From: Eledone cirrhosa
Taxonomy: Eukaryota
Length of the DNA stretch: 64,000 nt
Assembly (NCBI GenBank): GCA_964016885.1
Contig: OZ024740.1
Coordinates: 161,448,001-161,512,000 of the forward strand
Direction: 5' to 3'
Within the stretch, counting starts at the first letter, position 1. Each line of letters opens with the position of its first letter. The position numbers were made by a program, and so were the translations under genes. This document shows, piece by piece, positions 54,948 through 64,000 of the stretch. A model generated the notes under the pieces. It had not been told where the DNA came from and made no database searches. It saw only the letters and a program-made list of their open reading frames with translations.

Positions 54948-56671
54948 TGTGGTGTTGGTGTGGATGGTGACATATCTGTCCTAACTTTTTTGTTTGATAA
55001 TTTATTTGTTTCCCTCTGTATTTTGTTTTTGGAGGGGGAAGGAAGAAAATTTTTTTCTTTTTTGGTTTCTTTTTTTCTTTTTTCCTGATACCGTTTCCTA
55101 CTCCTCGTCGTCATAATCTGTCTCTAGTTGCGATAAGCCGGGGAGTGGAAAATCCTCCACAGGCGTTGGTTTTGGTTGTGGCGTGGTGGATTGTGTAGGC
55201 GCTGGTGCTAGTTCTGGCGCGTTGGTGGTGGTGGTGTTGGTTTTGCTACTGTTGCTGGGGTAGTTGCTGTTACAGTTGCTTCTGTTGTTGCTGCTACAGT
55301 TGTTGCTGCCATTTCTGCTGCTGGTGGTGTTGATGGTTGAGTCACTGGGGAGGGTAAGAGAGGTGGCCTCAACCTTTTAGCCTGAGGGCAGAAGGCTCTT
55401 AGGTGGGTTCCTTCACCACAAACGACACACCTAGGCCTTCTGCCCTCGACGATTACGGTGCGGTGGCTGCTGTCAGTGAGGTCTATTACCTCTGGGATCT
55501 CCTCAATGCTTTTTTGGTCCGCTTGGACCAGGAGCTCCATCCCAGATCCGGACCAGTTCTCCTGCTTTTCTTTCGTTATTTCAATATCTTGGTGTTGGCC
55601 TCGATGCCGGCGACGACGGCAGCCATTAGCCAGGGAATTTCGATGGCCGGTGGAACGTGGGTCACCCTGATCTTCACAAGTCTCTGGCCACAATAGCTTG
55701 GGACGAGTGTGAAGTCGTCACTTCTTAATGGGGCCATGGAGTGTTCTCTGGCCTCCTGTGGTGTTTCAAAGAACACGTCCACGGTTCCATATTTCTGCCC
55801 ACGTCTGATGTGGGTTTTTTTTGCCCACACATGTCCCAAAGCTTTTTGGATTTGGGACTCGGATGCCCGTTCCACTCGGCGCGATTTTATGATAATTGTC
55901 CGATAAGACACGGTACATAGGCGACGATGCTCCATTTTATTAGGTGGGGGGTGAGGCTGAACCTGTACCCATCTTTCTTTACCATTCCTTTGACTTCTTC
56001 TAATTCCTCCTGAGTTACCTGGATCGCTTGGCACGTTTTTGCTACTCTGGCAAAACTCATGGTAGTTTTCTTAATTTCATTGTTGCTGTTGTTGTTATCG
56101 TTATTTTTGTTATTGTTAATTTTAGTTTCAGTTGTGGTGGTGGTGGTGGTGGTGGTGGTGGTGGTGATGTCAGTGGTGTTCGGTGGGGAAGAGTTCATTT
56201 TGGTTGAATTCATTTCGATATCACGAGTTAATTTATTTTTTTCTTTTGTTTCTGTTGTCGCTGTGGTGATGGTGGGGGTGGCGGCTTTAACACCTTCAGT
56301 CATTGGTAATGGCGGGAAATGAACGTCTGCCTCAGACAAATTTAAAATATTGCTACTGCTTACATTTCCAGTGTTGGCAAACGTAGCAATATTTACAATG
56401 GTTGTGTCGGTGTGAGGTGTTAGATTGTGAGGAAGGAGTGACCCTGAGTCATCCATGATTTTTCAAAGAAAAATTTTTGTTTGATAATTATAAAAAGTTT
56501 AAATTTTGGGCTCAAGGCCCCAATATTTTTGAGTGTCCTTTTCAGAAATCAATGTATGTGCACTTATATACAGTTAACAATAAAAATGTTCCATTAATGG
56601 CAATTTTAAACAACTGAAAATAACAAACGTTTGCGGAGCTCACGATGATACGATTTACTACGTAGGTCGCC
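54948..56671 (-). mobile_element. Tx1/L1-like element, 5' part with frameshifted ORF1
   Basis: ORF pieces 55887-56456, 55576-56034 (RRM-like GTVDVFF...VKIRVTHVPP) and 55208-55693 (zinc knuckle CVVCGEGTHLRAFC). The 5' end abuts (AAT)n at 56672. Confidence 0.7.
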
Positions 56672-56698
56672 AATAATAATAATAAAAATAATAATAAT

Positions 56699-57195
56699 GA
56701 TTTCTTTATTAACCACAAGGGTTTACATAAAGTAGGCATTAAGGACAGTACAGGACAATACAGGACGGTACAAATGGGCATTTCTGCGTGTAAAAAAAAC
56801 AGAGGATGTAATAAAATAACAAAGAAAAATTCCCCAATAGGGGGAGACTTCCGAGGGACATTTGTGGAGAAAGCCCATTAAAAGACCACAGTGACCCTGA
56901 CCACCAGGGCAAGTGCCCTCTCCCAGTTTTCCACCTTTAATTTACAGACACATACTCGGGCCGTACTTGCTTCTCTCACCCATCTTTCAACAAAATGCTG
57001 GGAAGAGAGCACTTCCCTCTCTACCCTGATTTTCCTTTTCAAATGAAATTTGAAAAAGTTAATCAGGGCATCACCGAAGAGGTAAGTGCTCGTCTTCAGC
57101 CCTTTCAAACGTGTCCACCATACTATCTCTTTCGCCATGGCCACCAGACAGATAAAAACTGCCTGCCCTTCCCGGCTAAAGGAAGAGGCCGGGGC
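56699..57195 (-). mobile_element. 5'-truncated Tx1-like 3' end
   Basis: ORF 56878-57144 (AKEIVWWTR...FFKFHLKRKIRVER) is homologous to 62034-62255. Minus-strand AATAAA followed by an (ATT)n tail. Confidence 0.8.
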
Positions 57196-57219
57196 AATAA
57201 TAATAATAATAATAATAAT

Positions 57220-60200
57220 GTGGATAGAAGGTCATGAAATCGCTCCCCTAAGTTTTTGATTTTTAACATATTTAAATCAATTGTGAAATAGCAATTCTTA
57301 GTACAAATGATACATAAATCACCGGACTCAACCATCAGAAAAATTCGGATCCATAATATTCTGTTATATCGTTCAAATATTTAATTTTGTATTATACATT
57401 TTATATTCAAAAAAGAAAATGGTTATAAATGGAAGAAAACCCCGTCTGTCTACACTATATAGAACAGCCAAATAACAGTAATTTCACCAACGCCACAAAC
57501 TAGATACACCATCTATCCCATCACCCCCCCCCCCCCCCCCCTCTGTGTACACTAAATACAACAGCCAGATAACGGCAATTTCACCACCACCACCACCAAT
57601 CCCAGCATAATAATAATTATTATTATTATTGTCTCAAATTTTCACAAAATGTTTAATTCCAATATTAAGCAAATATGTCAACACATATATTAAACATACG
57701 CGGCTAACCGCATAGATTCACCGATCAAACAAACAAACTACAGTCTATTCAACAAAACTCAGTAACGACAACGCCATCACTATAGTCAGCGCCACCACCC
57801 CATCCATCATTGCTACCACTATCCCATCACCATCGCCACCACTCCTTCATTGCTACCACCGCTATTCCCCCATTACCTTCTGTTAAATTACGAAAGGGGA
57901 AGGTGGCGGTATCACTAATTTAATTTTGGATCAGGAATGTTAGAATCGAAAAGGAGGAAAATGGCAAAATGACTAAATAGCTAAATGGCTAAGTGGACAG
58001 AGAAGATAATTTCACCACCAACACCACCACCACTACCACGCTAAAAACTCTGGTGAAGTTGCCTCAACTTCTATTTCTACTTCAACTTCAACACCATCAC
58101 TACAGTGCTACGATCACATCACCACCACCACTGCCTCATTATCGCTACCGCCGCTATTCTCTCCCACTACCTCCTGCTAGGTACTACTAGCACAGCACCA
58201 CCACCACCACCACCACCACCACTGCCTCATTATCACTACCGCCGCCATTCTCTCCCACTACCTCCCGCTAACACATGCATCGTAGCGTCCCCACTAAAAG
58301 AGGAAGGCATCTAAATATATAAATAGACCGAATTGATGACCCGGTCAAAAAATCAAAAAACCAAAAATCAAAATGAAAGCAGCGCAGCAACAACGAAAAA
58401 CGTAAAGAAAAGAGGAAAACAAACAGACGGACAGAGAAGGGAAGGGAAAAACTAAGTCAGACGATCAAACATTACATTACAATGAAACTTATGCTTATTC
58501 TTTTTGGGGGTTTTTTTTGCCTGTTTGTTTGTTTATTTATGTTCGTCTACAGCGTGATAGTGCCACACAAAAATCACCAGGAGTGATGAAATCACCGGAG
58601 GTTATATAACCATACATTCACCAATCCTCGATAACAGTGTTTAAATGTCGAACCTAAACAGTTCGAATAACAGTGAAGTGGAGACTATAATGTCATGTGA
58701 CAGACTCTCACCCAGCAGGTGCTCCCTGGCTCAGCAGCAGGGACCTGGCTGTCAACCAAATACTGCTGGTGTCGGAGGAAGAAGAAGAAGGAAAGGGACC
58801 AGAACCAACTGGACGAAAGAACTGAATAGAACTGTTATGCAATGTTACCTGAAGAGTAACACCAAGGAGAAAGGCTATAGGAAACGGATGCATAACATCT
58901 GGAACGAGATTGGTCTATGCAACAATATCCTCAAAGCAACAGCAAATGCGGTGAGGAAATTACTTGGTATAAAAGCGAGAGGAAACAGCAAACAAGAAAG
59001 ATCAGAGCCTTGGTGGAAGAAACGACTGAGTGGTCAAATCAGGGAAATGAGAACTGACATTGGAAAGCTTGAGTCCCTACTGAATGGGACACTAAAAAAC
59101 ATAGACACTAAAAATAGACGGGAAATAAAGTACAAAACTAGGAGGAAAAAGCTAAATATTATCATAGAGGAACTGAAGCAACGCATTTTAGCAAAGAGTG
59201 CAACAATTAGGCGATACGAGAGCAGAGTCAGTCAATATAGACAGAACCGCATGTTTGACAACAACCAGAAGATGCTGTTTGGACAGCTTGAGGGGAAAGA
59301 AAGAGGCAACGACTTGATCCCTGAGGCGGAATAAACTAAAACATTCCGGAGAGGAATATGGGAGCAGGATGTTAAACATAATGACCAGGCAGTGTGGATT
59401 GAGACAGTACAGAAGGAGATGAGTGAACAGGCACACCAACAAACTGACTTGAGTATCACAGTTGAAACTCTTAAGAGGCAGGCCAAAAAACTAACCAACT
59501 GGAAATCACCAGGCCCAGATGGTGTGCAGGGGTATTGGATTAAAAATATAACATCCCTCCACCCGAAACTGACAACCATGTTCAATGACTGCTTGATGTC
59601 AGGTGAGGTACCAGAGTGGTTGATAAAAGGTACCACAGTTCTGGTAATGAAGGACCGAATCAATGGTAATGATGTTACCAACTATAGACCTATTACATGT
59701 CTGTCCGTAATGTGGAAACTGTTGACAAGCATTATGTCTGAGGAAATCTACCATCACCTCCACACAAACAACTTGTTACCGGACGAACAGAAAGGATGCC
59801 GAAAGAAGTCCCGTGGTACAAAGGACCAGTTACTTATTGATAAGATGGTAATGAGGAATTGCAAGAGGAGACATACTGGTCTTGCCATGGGATGGATAGA
59901 CTACAAAAAGGCATTTGACATGGTGCCTCATTCTTGGATCACCAAAAGCCTAGAGATCTTCAAGGTGGCAGATAACATCAGACAGTTGTTGGGCAAAAGT
60001 ATGAAGTCCTGGGAAACAGAGTTAACATCAGCTGGAGAATCCTTGGGAGGCGTGAAGATCAAGAGAGTTATCTTCCAGGGAGATAGTCTGTACCCTCTGT
60101 TGTTTGTCCTTGCCCTGATGCCCCTGACCATTATACTGCGAAAAGTGAGAACAGGATACAAGTTGGGAAAGGGAGAGCTTACCATCAATCACCTCCTCTT

Positions 60201-61721
60201 CATGGACGATCTTAAGCTCTTCGGGAAGAGTGAGAAGGAGTTGGATGTGCTTGTTGACACTGTCCGTATTTTCAGCAATGATATATGTATGCAATTTGGT
60301 ATTAGTAAGTGTCGAGTCCTTGTGATGAAGAGGGGTAAATTGAGCAGAAGCAACGGAATCCAGGTACCAACAGGTGAGATGATAAAGGAAATTGACACTG
60401 AAGAAGGATACAAGTATTTGGGTGTTCTGGAGGCTGATGACATCAATAACAAAAAAAATGAAGGAATTGATAAGATCTGAATACATTCGGAGAGTAAGGA
60501 GCGTATTAAAGTCACATCTGAACAGTAGGAATGCCATAAGTGCAGTAAATTCCCGAGCTGTGTCTATTATTAGGTACAGTGCGGGAATTCTGAGATGGAA
60601 TGTTGCTGAACAAAAAGAAATGGATAGGAAGACTAGGAAGCTATTGACTATCTACAACATGTTCCACAAGAGGAGTGATGTCGATAGACTCTACTTAAGG
60701 AGATCTGTAGGTGGAAGAGGTCTTATCAGCATAGAGGACTGTGTTCAGATGGAGAAAAACAACCTACACAAACATGTGACTGATAGTAAGGAGCCAATGC
60801 TCAGAACTGTACTGAAGGAGAGGACAATAGACCAGGGGATGTCCAAGGAGGAAATAACAACAAGGAGAAAGAGCAGCCTTCATGAAAAATACCTTCATAG
60901 TACCTTCTTTGAGAAAACTGAATTCAGAGATCCACAGACATGGAACTGGTTGAAAAGAGGAGACCTTAAAAAGGCTACGGAAAGAATGTTAATGGCTGCG
61001 CAAGAGCAGGTCGTCAAAACGAAGTGGTTGAAACATCATATTTACAAGGAGGAGGATAGCCCACTGTGTAGGATCTGTGGAGAGAGAGAGGAGACTGTGG
61101 CTCACATTGTATCCGAGTGTAAACACCTAGCCCAGATTCACTATAAGGGCTGGAGACATGATGTGATGGGCAGGGTGATCCACTGGCACCTATGCACAGT
61201 AAACAATTTACCACATTCTGAGAAGTGGTATGAGCATAAGCCAGAGTCGGTGATAGAAAACGATCAGGTGAAGGTGCTGTGGGATTTTAGGATACAGACG
61301 GACAAGAAACTGGAACACAATAGACCTGACCTGGTGGTTTTGGACAAGGAAAAAAAAAAAGATCGTGCCTGATTGTGGATGTGGCCTGCCCATTCGACAC
61401 GAGAGTGCAAGAGATGGAGCGGGAGAAAATTAACCGATACCAGGACTTAAAGTGGGAGGTAAAAAGGATTTGGAACTGCCATGAAGTCAAAGTGGTCCCG
61501 ATTGTCATAGGCGCACTAGGTACTATCTCAAAAGGTTTCCAGGGATGGTTAAAGAAAATTGGCCCCGTCCCGCTTTTTGGAACACTTCAAAAGGCTTGCT
61601 TGCTGGGAACAGCAAGAACCCTCCGATACGTCCTGAATATCTGAGGCTGCAAGTAGTGGCTTCATATTCTTTTCAACAAACTTTCCAGTTAACTAACATC
61701 AATGACTGAGACTCAAAGAAC
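57220..61721 (+). mobile_element. R4/Dong-like family B copy 3, degenerate
   Basis: ORF pieces span 58645-61644, with an in-frame deletion of about 430 bp near 58917, a stop at 59334 and frameshifts near 60455 and 61360. Ends in (AAT)n. Confidence 0.9.
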
Positions 61722-61736
61722 AATAATAATAATAAT

Positions 61737-64000
61737 GATTTCTTTATTGGCCACAAGAAAATTGACATCAAGAAAAACATTACAGACGGCACAGGACGGT
61801 ACGATGTGGGTTTTGTTCATGTAAATATTTTTATTATTTATATAAGAAAAGAAAAAGAAAAAGACATAGAAACGTATATATATATAAATAATAAAAATGA
61901 AAATTGAAACAATGGAAAATTCCCAAATAGAGGGAAACCTCCGAGGGTTACTCGTGGCGAAAACCACACAAAAGACCACGGCCACCCTGACCACCAAGGC
62001 AAGCGCCCTCTCTCAAAAATTCTATCTCTCAAACTACAGACGTATATTCAGAGTGGTCCCGTTCACTCGGACCATTATTGCTACAATCACCCATCTTTCA
62101 ACAAACTTGCTAGAAAGCAGCACTTGCCTCTCCACCCTGATTTTCCTCTTCAAGTGAAACTTGAAAAAGTTAATTAGGGATTCGCCGAAGAGGAAAGTAT
62201 CTGTCTTTAACCCTTTCAACCTTGTCCACCACACAATCTCTTTCGCCATAGCCACCAGGCAGATGAAAACCGCCTACCCTTCCTCCTCGAAGGAAGACGG
62301 CGAGACAATCTGCACAATGGACTCATTCGATAACCGAATCAGTCCCACACGCGACAGCAACTGTTCGACATAGCTCCACAAGTCAGCAATGTTCTGACAC
62401 TGAACGAGTGCGTGCACGACGGTTTCGTCGCTCTGCGCGCATCTCGGACAGGCTCGGCTGACGGCACTTCCGTGCTTATCTCGAACCGGCAACGCTCCCC
62501 GGTATCACTGCCAGGCCAGGGATTTTTGGAAGCTATCCATAGGCCCTGGGCTGAAAGTTCTCCGGAAGAGAGCAAACAGCTGATGTTCTTCGACGCCCAG
62601 GATCTCTCCGAGAACGTCGCCTCTCTTCCTCTCCCCTAGTCCTCTATAGAACGCCGAGGTGGATGTTCCACCAATACTTGTGCCCAGCTGGCAGAGGGCA
62701 GTGAGCGCCTGGAGACATTCCAGTTTCCAAGCGCTATCCCTCGGTCTTTTCCTGACCCAGGACTGCAGCTCCGTCAAGGAGACTAGCTGTGGGAAAACGT
62801 GCCTGGCGAACGGCCACCACACCTGTTCACGTCAAGGAAGCACCAGAGATGTCGCAGCCTCAGCGCATGTTTGCGCATCATCAGCCATGGCATTCCCAGT
62901 CCTCCACGCAACGGGCATTGACAGCAGATGGATCGTCTGACCATGGGAGCGCGTCCCTTCCCCAAAAAGCGGAAGCGGAGGCGCTCCATTTGGGTGAGAG
63001 TTGGGCCGGGGCAAGGGACGACGGTGAGGCGGAAGCAGATGACGGATGCGATGTACGCATTCGTCACCTCCGCCCGGCCTTTCAGGGACAGCTTCCTCTC
63101 GGCCCATTTCTGGGTGAGGGAGGCCACCCTGCTCGTCCCCTCGCTCCAGTTTTTCTCCATCTGGAGGTCCGGTCCGTACCAGACCCCGAGCAATTTAACC
63201 GGTCCGTCCGTCCAACGCCCCACGACGCTGTCGGACGGCATGGACTTGCCTCTCCAGGTGCCGAGCTGCAAGCCCACCGACTTTTCCTGGTTTATCTTTG
63301 CTCCTGTCACCACTTCGTATTCCTTGAGAGCGGTGCCGAGCATCTGGGCGTGTCTGGTGCTCGACACTACCACGGTGACGTCGTCGGCGTAAGCCGATTC
63401 GGATTTACCGCATCCTAGTTCGCGTGGGACGCCCCTCATCGCCCCCAGTTTGTGCAGTAACGGCTCGAGAACCAATACGTACAAGAGAGACGAAAGGGGA
63501 CAACCCTGGGGGACCGAGCGCATGATGCTGAACGGTTGCGACACGTGACCGTTAACCCTCACAACGGAGCAGATGTCGCTGTACATCGCAGCGATCCCTC
63601 CCCTGAAAACGGGCCCGAAACCGGCTGCCTCGAGGACCGCCGCCAGGTATCGATGGTCGACCCTATCGAATGCCTTGGTATTGATCCAAGTTGATCAGGG
63701 CCCCACTGGTGCCAGGTTCCTTAACCACCCTCTCTATGATGTATCACATGAGATGGGGGTTGTTGTGTATGGATGTGTCCGGAATGGCGCATGTCTGCGC
63801 CTCTCCCACCAGACCCTTGACGACAAGAGCCAACCTCGTTGCTAACACCTTGGCCAAAATCTTGAGCTCTGCGTTTAGCAGGGTTATGGGCCTGAAGTTA
63901 TCGATAACATCCCCCTTGTTCAGGTCTTTTCTCAGCAGCGCCACCGCTCCCCGGCTCACAATACTGGGTATGCTCCCGTTCTGCTGCCAGTTGCAGTAGA
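61737..64000 (-). mobile_element. Tx1/L1-like ORF2 (RT plus zf-RVT), frameshifted, running off the window
   Basis: NFRPITLLNAELKILAK, QGCPLS, SAYADD, GAKINQEKS, LSLKGR, GGLG, CPRC...ETVVHALVQC. Minus-strand AATAAA then an (ATT)n tail. Confidence 0.9.

Noticed and set aside
54948-55088. Hydrophobic C-terminus of the 821-aa ORF
   Set aside because: It is read-through into the antisense strand of the Tx1-like element after the breakpoint, not a real domain.
47732-61508. Many minus-strand ORFs repeated across family B copies
   Set aside because: They are antisense shadows of the RT ORF, repeated only because the element is repeated.

Overview
AT-rich eukaryotic DNA with no recognisable host-gene exons. 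The tRNA-derived SINE and the microsatellite load look like an octopus or other cephalopod genome (inference from recall, not a search). The window is almost entirely mobile DNA in two zones. About 3.5-37 kb is a (TA)n-microsatellite zone. It holds two Penelope-like elements (RT plus GIY-YIG; one Neptune-like, one Nematis-like) and several short non-coding families. These carry hammerhead-ribozyme (HHR) motifs, mostly abut (TA)n tracts and often have fold-back (inverted) ends. One is a 591-bp direct-repeat unit with an HHR in each copy, a retrozyme-like layout. About 41.6-64 kb is an (AAT)n zone. It is a head-to-tail array of R4/Dong-like RT-RLE retrotransposons (one intact 1216-aa ORF) that share a 5' leader, interleaved with opposite-strand Tx1/L1-like elements using the same (AAT)n tracts. 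RTE LINE remnants, a Helitron 3' end, a TIR element and many SINEs are also present. All RNA folds and clade assignments were made by eye and need computational and biochemical confirmation.
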